A DNA stretch of 60,758 nt from Basidiobolus meristosporus CBS 931.73. Its lineage: Eukaryota > Fungi > Basidiobolomycota. The first letter of the stretch is position 1; each line of letters starts with the position of its first letter. Where the stretch lies: the NCBI GenBank assembly GCA_002104905.1, contig MCFE01000538.1:1-60758 (forward strand), written 5' to 3'. The position numbers were made by a program, and so were the translations under genes. Shown one piece after another: positions 11,543 to 23,938 of the stretch. The notes beneath the pieces were generated by a model. The model was not told the origin of the DNA. It saw only the letters and a program-made list of their open reading frames with translations, and made no database searches.

Positions 11543-12469
11543 ATGAACAAAGCCAAAGAAATGTATGTCTTACCCTCGTTACAAACTGGAGGCACGTCCT
11601 AAGTATCGTTTTCTGATTGTAGGGCACCGGAGAATCCGCAAGGCGTTACGCACTCTGAGCGGATTCACCAGCTGATACACTCAAAGTTTTACACCGCCTT
11701 GTATATACTCCTGGCTGTACTCTCCCTTATATCTGTAATTTTGGTAAGCCTTCTATATTTCTGTCCTGCATGGCTGCTCATCTTATCGTATTCTCAAAAA
11801 ATCTATTTAGTCTTTGTTACGTCACTGGTAAGCCTACAGAGACCATGTGCACCACAGGTAATAGCACATACTAACGTATCTTTCACAGTCCCGGGACCTT
11901 CTTCATAGTGCTAGAGTTTGTGATCAACATTACAATGATTGTTGATGTCGGGTTCCGGCTAGTCGCGTTTGGAAAGGTTGGCATACAGTTAAGGTGTACT
12001 TATCTCCCGGGATTCGTTATTGACCGTATATTTCATTGAAGATCTTTTGGAAGTCCGCTATGAATATTTTCGACGTTGTGCTAGTGGCCCTGTGCATTGG
12101 CAGCCTGATATTTTTATTTATGGATTGCACCACCAGCCGCGTGAAGAGCGAACTGGCTGGAACAGTGTTTTTGGTCATTCGGAACACCATTCAGTTTTTC
12201 CGGCTGTTCAACGCCTTAAGAAAGTATGTTACCTTCCCTCGTGTTCACAATGCACTGGAGACTTACGTTCCAAATTCTGTAGAAACCAACAACAGTATAC
12301 CAACGATCGCAAAGGAAAAATTCAATTTTCCCCCAATAGCCACTCTGAGATTGAGGAGGGAAATTATGACACCGTACATTCTGGAATATCGCCAGGGTAC
12401 ATCCTTGAGGAAGAGTCAGACGATGAAAGTGGTCTACGACAAGTCTACGTAGTTCCAAAAAGCAAATAA
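11543..12469 (+). CDS. Stand-alone voltage-sensor-like (S1-S4) membrane protein, 6 exons, no pore domain
   Basis: Spliced: MNKAKEM/APENPQ...FYTALYILLAVLSLISVIL/SLLRHC/PGTFFIVLEFVINITMIVDVGFRLVAFGK/IFWKSAMNIFDVVLVALCIGSLIF...LVIRNTIQFFRLFNALRK/NQQQ...ILEEESDDESG...SK*. All introns GT-AG. Confidence 0.75.
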
Positions 12470-13864
12470 TCATCATATCTAGAATAATGCATCCCACTTC
12501 TGTTCATAAAGTCTCCTTCATATGTTATGTTTCAACATCCCTTAGCGCATTTTATATTAGAGCTCACTTCTCTTTGTTCTCAATCTGAGATTGTATATTT
12601 CTCTTCAAGCATTTCGGGTGTATTTTGCCTCCATCATGCGTAGCTGTAGTCCTCCGAATACGCGACAAGCAACACCAAAAGCTGGGGGAGCAGAGTAATA
12701 AATGGAGATTCTTTGCAGCAGCCCACGTGTAGCACATTACTGGATGTATACCTCAGGTCATCATTACAGCCCCGTAGTCTAGAGCAAGTGACTCAAACTT
12801 ATTGCCAGGGTTCCCCGGAGCGCGCCATTCTCGATGCATGGATCAACACGATTAACATGCACATGTGCGATGGAGAGCAACAGGGCAGGCCATGTCCCTA
12901 GAGTTTATTTCAGACGCACTGGGAAACATCAGATTCTATTAATCTATATTACGCCTTAGTTTTATTCAGCATGCGGTCTGGGGTTTCGTAGTGCTGCTGA
13001 TTATGCCTCCAATTACAGTAATGCCTGAAATTAGGGATTTGGATTGTGGCTCAATGAGTGGACTACTATTTGTTTCCAAATCGGATTTCTTCACTGTGAT
13101 GTTGAATTCATAAATATTAAGGTTAGTTGTCCAATCAGCGTCTATGATATAGATGAAGCACTCATCAGGTGGGATGGAGCGATCGGAAAACTCTAGTTGA
13201 CATACCTCCTAGATAACGCTAGTCCCTAGTCAATGAATCACCACCAGCTTCAGAGAAGGTTTTGAAAACAAAGCCATTGGCGCTTTTCCTAGAGCCATTG
13301 AAAATACTAGGAGAAGCATGCAAGTGCTGCATCAACCTGAGTGCAACAATAATACTTGGTTGATCACAACTCCACGATTTTATGTATATATTTATCATTT
13401 GACATAATCTAGTAAAATACTAGTATTTTCACGCAATTCATTGAAGTGCGCTAATAAATCACCAAACTCGCCTAGATTTCTCATTGAGGTTTCTTGACGT
13501 GATCACTTTGTTCCAAACTTGCTTGATTTTCATAGCTAATCTTATATTCACCCTTTCTAACAATCATTTCTTGATCATTGATAACCAGCTCCTTTTCCTC
13601 TTTTCATTTCTTGAAAGAAGCTTAACCCTAACCTTGTCACGTAGACGCTTGGTGCACTTTATCCACCTTCGCAATATAAATAACAGAGAACTACGATTGA
13701 TAAAGTGTACACCAGCTTCTTATCCTAGACACTTGGAAAATAGCTGGCTTCAATCGTAAAGCGGAGAGATTTGTAATCGTGCTGTTTTCCTCCTATCGCG
13801 CGAGGTTTACCCCCGTTTCCACGCTTGACCAACATTGCTTCTGCGAGCTTGATTTTGCAGCACA

Positions 13865-16800
13865 ATGGATTTGTTTAGGAAAAAGAAGAACAAGCAAAGC
13901 CCAAGCTTGGAGATAACGGCTCCTATGGACAATTCGGACATCCTTTCATACTACACCTCGCCTGCCACTCCCACCCGAGCAAGCACCATAAGTACAAATA
14001 ACCAGAGTTCGATTGGTTCCTCCAGTCCTCCAAACCATCACAATTCCTCTGCATTTAAACGCTCGCCTGCAACGTACTCCTTAGCCTCAACCACATCCTC
14101 AGCGTCCATGGGGTCAAGCAACGGATACAGAGATTCTGTTGCTTCCACAATGTCAAGCAATGAACATCCCAAAAGCGAAGACCATTTGAATGAGGCTTTG
14201 GAGAAGTTGATGGTAACGCCTTCTATGAAGGACACTATAGTCCCAACTGTATCGATTGTTAATATTCAATTGATCTAGGACTCTATGGATCTTGATGAAA
14301 GCAAGCGTGAAGCCATGCGGAAGCTGCCAACGGATACCAAATGGATGATCATCGTTTCACAGAAGCAAAGAGAATTTGAGGATGTAATATCGAGATTTAT
14401 GCTTAAACTTGGGCGAAATTATGATTTAATCCGGTCTATTTCTATTTAAGGTCAAAAATCGGAGTCGGAATGATGGGAAATTGGACCGTTCTACGCCAGA
14501 ATACTATGTCCAGAAGATTTCCCAATCGGAGGTCCGCTCTATTCCTCTAAAGCTATTTGTGTCGTTACGAGTCTCATTAGCTACACAACAGATCAGGTAA
14601 CACAATGAAACACGGAAGTAATGATACAATAATCACCAATATCCTGATAAATGCCTGTCGATCTGTGCTCCATTATCGTTGGGATGAACGCTAAAGCATC
14701 GATTCTTTTCTAGCTGGGTACACCACTTTCTTGAGCTGGGCGGATTGAAACTATTATCAGACACGTTGATTTTGTTGGGACGAAAGTCCAACAAGTAAGT
14801 GTATTCAGGCCATCCCTCTCTGCCACCCGACTTGCACAACTAACGGAATCTCCTATAACTAGAAAGGACAATGAGCTTCAGATAGAGTTTGAAATCATAA
14901 AGTGTCTGAAATCCATCCTAAATACCAAGGTAACTTTGTCGCTGTTCACCACAATTCTGTCTGTGCTAAGCATACTACTTCTGATGTATATTCATAGTGG
15001 GGAGCCCAGGAAGCGTTAGAGCAGCCGAAAGTGATTATCAATATCACGTATTCCTTGGACTCCGCATTCCTTCCCACCAGAAAGCTGGTCGCCGAGTTTC
15101 TTACGTTCATATGTTACTTTGAAATGCGGGGATGCGATTATGTATTGAAAGGGCTGGATCAAGTCAAGCGGGCTAGAAACCACCACCTAAGATTCGAGGC
15201 CTGGATGAAATCCCTAGAAAATACGGTAGATGGAAGGGGCGTTCTTGGGTCTCTTGTTGGTGCCAGTGATGAGGTCAAAAAAACCGCAGGTGCGGACCGT
15301 GAGCTTGTCGAATATGTGGTACGTGCAACATCCGAACCTTCATATGCTAGAGACATCGTAACTCGTAGCCTGGGCTAAGCACAAATCAATCATTATGCTT
15401 GTAGATCACCAATCTCATGCTTGTAAACGGACTAATCAGTGGATATGAGGATCTGGAAATGAGGACCCATATTCGAAATCAAATGAACGCAGCTGGCTTG
15501 GACCGGATCATTAAAAAAGTCGTCGGCTTCAATGATGAGTTGATCCTTCGTCACGTTCAACTGTTTGACCAGCTGAGCGACCAAGATTACCTGGAACTCT
15601 CTGAGCTTTACAACCACCAGACCCTCCAAGACCTGAATGACCCAAGAGATGTATTTGACGCCTTGCTGAACTCTCTTGACGGCACAAAAGCCAAGGATTT
15701 CTTATTATCAGTTCTACAGCATTTGCTGATGGTTCGAAACGAGAATGACGGGGATGACACAAGAAACAAGTGTTTCCAACTAATAGATACGCTGGTCACT
15801 CAAATTGTCTTGGATAGACGTGGAATAGAGCAGGATTTTTCGTCTAGCTATGGTGTATCAGTGGGGTCCCTAATTACCAAATTGGCAGATGGAGATCAAC
15901 TAAGCGAAGCCTTGGAGGCTGCCAGAGCTGCTAAAGAAATCGCCGAGGCTGCCACCAAACGTCAGGCAGAGTTAGAAGGTGAAGTAGCTATGAGAGCCGA
16001 CGGACTCATCGGCAAACTCAAGGCCAAAATATCCTCGCTTGAGGATCTACTTCGTATGTCGCGCCACACCATTGAAACCCTCCAAGGCCAGGTTCAGGGC
16101 TTACGTGAACAATATCATACCAAGCTTTCCCAGCAAGGCCGCGAGCTCAAGAAGCTTTATCAAGCCGTGAAGAAAAGCGTTGGGGATAAATCGTCTCTCA
16201 TGGAGCTTAGCGATTACCTTCTGCTCGAGAACAAGGCATTGAAAGATGGAGTCGGATTTGAAAAGGCGCTAGAGTCCTTGGATCAAGATGCTTACCACCA
16301 ATTCAAAGTAGACGAGTCCAAGCTTTTGCTAGAAATCAAGAAAATGAAGGAGCAGCATTTTGTTGTTAACGATCAGATGCTACAAGCAAGAAAGAGACTG
16401 GAGAAACTGAAGTATTCCATCAACGAACCGTATGTTCTTAATATCCATATGGAAGAGATCGGTGGCGAGCATAGAAAAGCACTTCGCCCAGGTGGAATAT
16501 ACATCCCTCATGGCCCAGAATTCCTTGATGGAGAAATGTCAGATCATATGATGATTTCTTCGGAATTGAACAGAGCTGGCTTTAGAGAATCCACCGGGAT
16601 GCATACATCAGCTTCGAATAACGGTGCACCTGTAATGCCACCAGCTGCACCACCTCCACCCCCACCCCCACCGCCTCCACCACCAACATCAAGTTTGAGC
16701 CCTCCGCCTCCGCCTCCACCCCCCGATGCTCCTGCTCCTCCGCCTCCACCACCGCCGCCTCCTGTATCAGGTGCACCTCCGCCACCACCCCCTCCCCCTG

Positions 16801-18398
16801 GAGGCCCTATGCCCCCACCTCCACCTCCACCGGGGGCACCTCGCGGTGGTCCAATACTGGGTGGTCGACGAGGTAAACAAGTCAAGTGGATCTCAAAGAA
16901 CAAGCTAAAGCAACTACAATGGGAAAAACTTGCTGATCACTCGGTCTCTAAAACCCTATGGGGACACCGTCAGTCCGAAATTGTAACACAGGAGGACCAT
17001 TTAGGCCAAACATTCAACGAAGACGGTATATTCGATGAAATCGAAGAACTATTCCCAGCTAGAATCATAGAAGCTAAAGCCAAAATACCCATCTTGGATG
17101 AAGAGCCGAAGGAAATATCGATATTGAACCCGAAGCGAGCCTACAACATGAATATCATGCTTACCCGCATGAAACAGTATACGTTCGAAGACATCAGACT
17201 TGCTATTCTGGAAATGAACGAGTCTGTCATCACCGAGCAGTTGCTGAAGCAGCTACTTACGTTTATTCCGACCGCTGAGGAAAAGGCATTGCTGGCCGAG
17301 TACAAAGACAACTCCGAGAGCTTGGCGAATCCAGAAAGATTCTTTGTAGAGATGTTGAAAATTGATCGGTACGAGCAACGCCTAAAGATGATGTACCTGA
17401 AACAAACGTTCCCCGAGCGCTTCCATGATCTCAATGATGACCTGACAGCGATATTTGATGCTTCAATGGCGGTCAAATCCAGCCAGTATTTGCCTAAACT
17501 GTTGGAGCTGATACTCGTAATGGGCAATTACATGAATGGAACTGGGTTCCGTGGTGGAGCATATGGATTCAAGATCAATAGCATCAACAAGCTGATCGAT
17601 ACGAAAGACAAGGAGAACCAATCCACCTTGCTCCATTTTTTGGTGAATTTAATCGAAACTAAGTTCTCTGATATCGCCAAGTTCCAAGTAGAGCTGAAGG
17701 ATATTGGTGGGGCCTGTCGAGTTTCATTCCAAGAAATGAAAATAGAACTTCATGACCTCCACTCCAAGCTCAAGGAAGCTGCCACTGAACTGGAGAAGCA
17801 CCATTCCAATCCGGAGAAGAATGACGATCCATTTGCTAAACATATGAAGGAGTTCGTTAGCGGTGCCCTTGAGGACTTTGGAAACATGGACGTGAAATTT
17901 AAGGCCATGGACGTTGCATACGAAGAGATTGTGGCACTCTATGGTGAAGACCCCAAGAGCACCGCCCCCGAAGAATTCTTTGGCATCTTTAAGAGTTTCA
18001 TTACCTTGTTTAACAAAGCCTCGATGGATAATGCTACACTACGAGAGAAGCAAGCCCAGATAGACAAGAGAAAGAAACGAGACGAAGAGAAAGAAGCAAA
18101 CAAAGTACAGAGGAAGGAGAACTCTGGCCTCAAGGATCCCTCCAGTAAGGATGATGAGAAGGGCGTGATGGACAATTTACTTGAAAACCTTCGAAAGGGA
18201 AATAGCGTCGAGGCCACTCGCAAGATACGCAGCCGTGGTGATGCAGCAGCACGGCTACGTGATCGCCGTAAAACCCAGCAACGTAGTTCGATCTCCTCTC
18301 GGGCACTACAAATGTTACAAGAGATGCATGGGAACGACTCCCCCTCAACCATACCACAAATCTCAGAGGCTAACCCCACATCTACTGAAGTAAACTAA
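13865..18398 (+). CDS. Diaphanous-related formin (GBD/FH3-FH1-FH2-DAD), multi-exon 5' half
   Basis: GBD-like exons (KREAMRKLPTDTKWMMI, EIIKCLKSILN), FH3, polyproline FH1 (~16650-16840), FH2 (KLKQLQWEK, LVMGNYMNGTGFRGGAYGFKI), DAD (MDNLLENL followed by a basic tail). Confidence 0.95.
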
Positions 18399-19009
18399 AA
18401 AGTGATTGCCAAGCAATTTGCGGAAGTACTCCTCATGTCAAACATTCTGTACCCACATGCCCTTTACGACCTCGCCTGTATCACGCCCTCTATTTTGTTC
18501 AAGAACTTTCACTTGTCATCCCATCGGTTTGTTTATTAGTTGGACAGCTCGACTTCGCATGGAAACGTCACATCACCTGTAACAGTACACATAACCTGTT
18601 CAAAATCACCCACCCATCTCCCTTGCACTATATATGTTATTGACCATATCCCAACCAGCATTGTAAACTCCCTAACCCTACTCCAGAGCACACTGCCCCC
18701 TCTTTACCCTGCACAAATAAGTTTGATAAATTATATGTATTCTTCACAATAAACTGACCTGTGATAGACTAGTTACCCTGCTCCATCACCAGTCGTATGA
18801 TTTCTACTTCTTTATTCGACAAAGAGGCGCAAATGAAAATGAAAAGGGTTGGTCATTCGACTAGATAATCCAAGAGTATACAACATAGTACGAAACGAAC
18901 ATGGCAGAAACCCCGAACAACCTTCGTCATGACTGACTACCAACAGCTGGGAGTGAACAACAAATATGAAAGAATATGTTTATGTGGATGCTAGACCAGG
19001 GAGGCGAGC

Positions 19010-19420
19010 TCATTTTTGATTTTCAAGTTGTTGAGTCAATAGTGCATTCTGTTCGGCAAAACGCTGGCCCACCCTTTCGGAGTGCTTGATGAATTTGGAG
19101 ATACACCGGTTTACGCAAGAGTCCTACAAAACCCCGGCTACGTTATTATGGCTTAAATATTTGGAACTGCACTCATCACGATACCTCGCCCATATCCAAA
19201 GCCTTCTCAGGGTTTTCATTACAGTCGTTGTAGCATCTCTGAACAAGACTGGTGTACATGCGAGTGAAATCCTTCATCTAAAGCATTGGAAGGAAACATC
19301 AGCAAACATAAGGCAAAATCACATCGACCTATCCGCCTCCCGTGTTGTGCATACCTGCTTTTGAGCGATGAGCTGTTCCATGTAAGTGCTCTCGGCAGTA
19401 GAAAATTGACTAGTATCCAT
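19010..19420 (-). CDS. TIM9: Mitochondrial intermembrane-space chaperone Tim9, 3 exons
   Basis: Spliced: [90 protein letters not shown]. Twin CX3C motifs and the [10 protein letters not shown] signature. Confidence 0.92.
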
Positions 19421-20508
19421 GTTTTACGAGTGAAGCTAGGGATCTTGCTAGACGAACAAGCACCAGCTATAGTCAACTTGACCATTATTCAGAAGGAAAA
19501 TTTTCAATCAATAAATTGGCATTATCGCCCATCATCATCATCGAAGCAATTTGCGGTAATTTTCGGGAGTATTCAGTATTTATTAACAACAGCAATTTCT
19601 CGGCCACCAAATGGATTGCCCCATGATTCTATACCGCTAGTTGTGAATTGATCGTGGCCAGCCGAATGCCGTGTCTCGCGGTATATATGTATTCGAAAAG
19701 TGAGGAGCATTGAGGCCTGGTTCGCGTTGGTATAGGTTAATCGCTGGACGGACGCCACTTCTGATCCACTAGACCCACCCACCAGAGCTTTCAACCATTA
19801 TTTACATGTTCACCGATTTGGTACGCAGACTAGCTTTATATTAGGCCCATTTTTTAGCCTTTCGCGAGATTTGCCCAAGATTTCCCAATTTATCCAACAA
19901 ATGTTGCTTAATTGAATACGCCTAGTTGGCAAAGCCAAATACGGCCCCTTCACCTCTGCTCAATGGGGGATGATAAGGCGGTCCAGCACTCGAAGACCGA
20001 TGCTGGTTGATTCTATTTTGATTTTATGTTGTGACTTTCCGTAACATAAATAAAATCCAGCTGCTCCATTGGCCTTCTACTGGCTGGACGGAGAGACACT
20101 TCCGTGTGGAACGAGCCATCCAATCAGGTGTGTCTGATGAATTTTTACCCGATCTGGCCACAACATACCCTCATCTATCCCACACATTGCTTCAAATGTA
20201 AGTCGTGGAAAATGGGATTTCGTTTGGAAATCAATTTACCGTTGCAACCGACTGACTAATGGCTTCTAATCGAAAGCCGGATGACTCAAATGGAGAGGTA
20301 AATATTTTGATTGCACGAATAGGGGTAAGCTATTTCCCGTGACCAAGACGCGCTTCAATCTAGTTTTATCTATCTTCGAGGCGATAGGCTATCCAGGCGC
20401 GGTTGTCGGGGCTTTTCCGTGAGATTTCGAAACGATGCGGGTTAGAAAATGGAGTCGCGATCCATGGAAAATTAAGAATTGCTAGAAGCGCCGGATGATA
20501 TGATTTTT

Positions 20509-20515
20509 TATATAA
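20509..20515 (+). promoter_or_regulatory. Candidate TATA box upstream of the 86-aa ORF
   Basis: TATATAA about 65-70 nt upstream of the ATG at 20580. Confidence 0.4.
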
Positions 20516-20579
20516 TAAAGGCGGATGCGCCGCACCAGCTGGTTATCAGAACTCCCTGTTCCCTCACTCCTGTCGTAAC

Positions 20580-20840
20580 ATGTCATACTTACACGTCAAG
20601 CGCGCGTCCGAGGCCCTGTCAAATCATATCGACACCTGTCTCTCACAGCCCGACCTTTCCAACTATGCTCCCGGCGGTGATCTGATGGATTTCCAAAGCG
20701 ACGACAGCTGCTCCTCACAGTCCGGTCTATCCTCCATCTCCGAGCAAACCCCGCCATTCAACGCGGACGTCGAGGAGAAGGAAACCAATCGAACCAAGAA
20801 AAGAAAGATTATCCTGAATAGCGCCAGTGGCCAGCTATGA
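20580..20840 (+). CDS. Hypothetical 86-aa protein
   Basis: ATG ORF downstream of a TATA-like element; Ser/acidic middle and basic TKKRK cluster; no domain recognised. Confidence 0.4.
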   Translation: MSYLHVKRASEALSNHIDTCLSQPDLSNYAPGGDLMDFQSDDSCSSQSGLSSISEQTPPFNADVEEKETNRTKKRKIILNSASGQL

Positions 20841-21533
20841 TCATGGTGTACCAGGGTATACCTAGCTTCGCTCCCCCATCAAAGCTTCGTGTTGTTATAA
20901 TGTTCATTAATTCCCTCGTCGGTGCTCCCTTGGCTTGGCTTGGCTTGCGTGTAGGCCAGCCGTCCGGGATCCATTTTGTAAAATCTTTGGTTGCGTGCAA
21001 ATGCTTTTTTGTGAATTGATAGAGTCGAGCCCACGCGTAGATTACTCAGCAGCTTTGCTTAGACTTGTTGAAAATAATATAATCCCGTCCCAATACAATC
21101 GTTAATAAATGAAAAAATCCTTCCTTGATCCCCTCGCACGGCACCTGATTGGCCCGTTCCGGCAGCCCGGAGATGAGATTGCCATCGACCTCGCGTAGCA
21201 CAGCTCATGTTCGGTTGCGACTCAACTGCTGATGTTTCGTCAACTGACGAGCCTGCGTCTGCATCCGTTCTCTCCCAGCTGAGCCTGTATGATCCATCAT
21301 GAGTACACTCCGAGCAATCAGGATTCCACCTCTTCTTGTGTATGCGTCCAAAAGCGTCGACCATCCCAAGATCCGATAAATTCGCCATCCAATAGACTGC
21401 ATGTCGAATTGCATAATCTACCATTTCCTCAGTTTGATTTTTAATCGATATCGCTATTTGAAATTCCCGTTTTCCTACATATAAGCTGGTTCCATAGGGA
21501 AATGCTCCCTTAAGAATTGACTTGCTAGCTAGT

Positions 21534-23030
21534 ATGTCCGTTGAGTATCCTCAGGTTGAAGGGGGCGGGTCTCTCGTGTTGGCTTGGAGAGTGAAGGACC
21601 GTAGGGTGTTGATCGTGGGCGGTGGCAACGTTGCAGCCGGCCGCATCTTCAACGTCTTGGAAGCTGATGGAAAGGTGACCGTCGTCACTCCAGAAGAGGG
21701 TCTGCATCCCGAGGTAAAATATCGTATTGAGAAGAAGGAGGTGCAGTGGATAAATAGGAATTTCGAGGAGCAAGATCTTGACAGCGTAGATATGGTTATG
21801 ACTGCCATAGACGACCATGTACGTTCTAAGGAAATCTATCACTTATGCAAAGAGCGGAACATCCCCGTGAACGTTGCCGACGTCCCGCCTTTGTGCGACT
21901 TCTGGTTCATGTCAACCCACAGAGATGGCCCATTGCAAGTTGCGATATCTACGAACGGACAGGGTCCGAAGTTGGCCAATTTGATTCGTAAACAAATCGC
22001 CTCGAACCTCCCCGAAGGAATAGGGGCTGCTATCACGAGAACCGGCAGTTTAAGGAAAAAGGTCCGTGAGATCGACCCCGACCCATCGAATGCTGCATAT
22101 CGTATGGGGTGGATGAGCAGAGTTTGTGAAACTTGGTCCTTTGAAGAATTGGGCCAAATGAATGAGGTGGAGATGAACAAATTATTGGAAGGATACGGGG
22201 AGAATGTCGTCTTGGACGCCAAAACAGTTCGTCGTTCCTTGCAACACAAACAGACAAACACCTCCACTGGAAGCATCACTCTCGTCGGTGCAGGCCCTGG
22301 AGACCCAGACCTACTGACCATTGCTGCCAAGAAGGCCCTCATCGAAGCCGACTTGGTATTGGCCGATCGGTTGATTCACCCACAGATCCTGGAGTTGACG
22401 GAGGGTGAAGTACGAATTGCCCGGAAAACAAAAGGACGTTCCGACGAGGCACAGGACGAGCTCCAGGAATGGGCACTCGAGGGACTCCTTCAAGGGAAAA
22501 AGGTCGTTCGATTGAAGATTGGTGATCCGTTCTTGTTCGGTCGGGGTGGTGAAGAAATAGTGTACTTTCGTGAGCATGGATTCTCTCCTAAAGTTATTCC
22601 AGGTATCTCCAGTGCACTTTCAGCCCCCATGGTTGCAAACGTCCCGGTTACCATTCGTGGATATGCCGATCAACTACTGATCACTACGGGAAGGGGTGAG
22701 AAAGGCTCTATGCCTGACATTCCTGCCTACTCGCCAATGAGAACCACCGTATTCCTGATGGCCGTGGGGCGAGTGGGGGTTCTTAGTGAAGAGCTCAAGG
22801 CTAGAGGATATCCAGATGATTGCCCAGTTGTATTCGTAGAGCGTTCAAATTGCCCCGAAGAAAGGACCATATTCGCCACCATCGCCACTATGGAAACCAT
22901 CTCCAAGAATGAAGGGGTAGTGCCACCTTCGGTAATTGTTATCGGACGTGCAGTCTCTTCACTCAACCCTCAATCACTGATAGAGAACATCGAGAGCTTA
23001 TCCCTGGAATCTGATCCTGTACTAAACTAG
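21534..23030 (+). CDS. MET1: Siroheme synthase: Met8-like precorrin-2 dehydrogenase/ferrochelatase fused to Met1-like uroporphyrinogen-III C-methyltransferase (CysG architecture)
   Basis: N-half VLIVGGGNVAAGR, VNVADVPPLCDFWF, ISTNGQGPKLA; C-half TLVGAGPGDPDLLT, VVRLKIGDPFLFGRGGEE, VIPGISSA; intronless. Confidence 0.93.
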   Translation: MSVEYPQVEGGGSLVLAWRVKDRRVLIVGGGNVAAGRIFNVLEADGKVTVVTPEEGLHPEVKYRIEKKEVQWINRNFEEQDLDSVDMVMTAIDDHVRSKEIYHLCKERNIPVNVADVPPLCDFWFMSTHRDGPLQVAISTNGQGPKLANLIRKQIASNLPEGIGAAITRTGSLRKKVREIDPDPSNAAYRMGWMSRVCETWSFEELGQMNEVEMNKLLEGYGENVVLDAKTVRRSLQHKQTNTSTGSITLVGAGPGDPDLLTIAAKKALIEADLVLADRLIHPQILELTEGEVRIARKTKGRSDEAQDELQEWALEGLLQGKKVVRLKIGDPFLFGRGGEEIVYFREHGFSPKVIPGISSALSAPMVANVPVTIRGYADQLLITTGRGEKGSMPDIPAYSPMRTTVFLMAVGRVGVLSEELKARGYPDDCPVVFVERSNCPEERTIFATIATMETISKNEGVVPPSVIVIGRAVSSLNPQSLIENIESLSLESDPVLN

Positions 23031-23431
23031 AGACTTGTGGTCGGGCCTAGCTTCTGTATACATTTTGTAATATCTTTTCAATCATATCCATGTGAGCAAT
23101 CGTTTTTAACTTGCTTCGAAATCTACAACAATTAAACAACATGTGGGAACATATACAAATTTATATTCATAAGAACATGCGTACGTACAACAGGAATGCA
23201 TTTGGGGGTCTAAGTGTGTTTGGGGCTAGGCCCGAAGTGCCAATTATACAGGGTGGGGGCGGAGGAGGCAGACAATCAACATGTTACCATAAATATATCA
23301 TAATAAAGTGTGAGGGGAATTAGGTGCTAAAGAAAGAGATCGCAGTGCCAGCTGAGTATCTTGGCCATGGTGACTCCCCCAGGATGAACGAAATTCACAG
23401 CCAGATCGGTGGTTGAAGATGGCCGGAACGG

Positions 23432-23938
23432 TCAAACGCTGGCTGACCGCTTGCGAAGTGTCCCCGACAGACTGTCGATGATGGAGCGGTTAAACGAAGA
23501 AACCGATGCATCCTTCACCCGTTCCTCTAGGGAGTTCTCCTCGATACGGGGAAAGGAGATGTAGCCAGATGCCTCGGCGTCGTTTCCAAAGAACACCCCC
23601 CCTTGAAAGGAAGAGTCATCCTGCAAGGAAGGGAGCGACACGTCACTACAGTTCCTTGAGCTCAACGGCGTGCCAGGAGAGAGTGAGGTGACTTCAGAGT
23701 CATTGGAGTTCTCCTCGATATCGGAGAAAAAGTCTGCCTTGGGCGAGGTGGCAAGGTATTTACAGAGGTAATCAACGCTAAAAGAGCCGCTCAAAGGGGA
23801 TTTCACCGAGCCCAAACACAGAGTGGCTATGGCGGTTTCATTACTTATCTCAGGACTCTCAATTGAGCAGCCGTCGTTGAAATCCGAGAGCCATAGGTCT
23901 TTGCTATTTATGGAGCGCTTGCGAAGTAGAGGGTTCAT
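23432..23938 (-). CDS. Hypothetical 168-aa Ser/acid-rich, probably disordered protein
   Basis: ATG ORF with RKRS motifs near both ends and GYISFPRIEE; no domain recognised. Confidence 0.6.
   Translation of the reverse strand: MNPLLRKRSINSKDLWLSDFNDGCSIESPEISNETAIATLCLGSVKSPLSGSFSVDYLCKYLATSPKADFFSDIEENSNDSEVTSLSPGTPLSSRNCSDVSLPSLQDDSSFQGGVFFGNDAEASGYISFPRIEENSLEERVKDASVSSFNRSIIDSLSGTLRKRSASV

Noticed and set aside
16544-16908. Gly-rich antisense ORFs
   Set aside because: Mirror of the formin FH1 polyproline tract.
21110-21302. Short upstream ORFs (about 29 and 31 aa) before the siroheme synthase gene
   Set aside because: Their length is expected by chance, and the transcript start is unknown.
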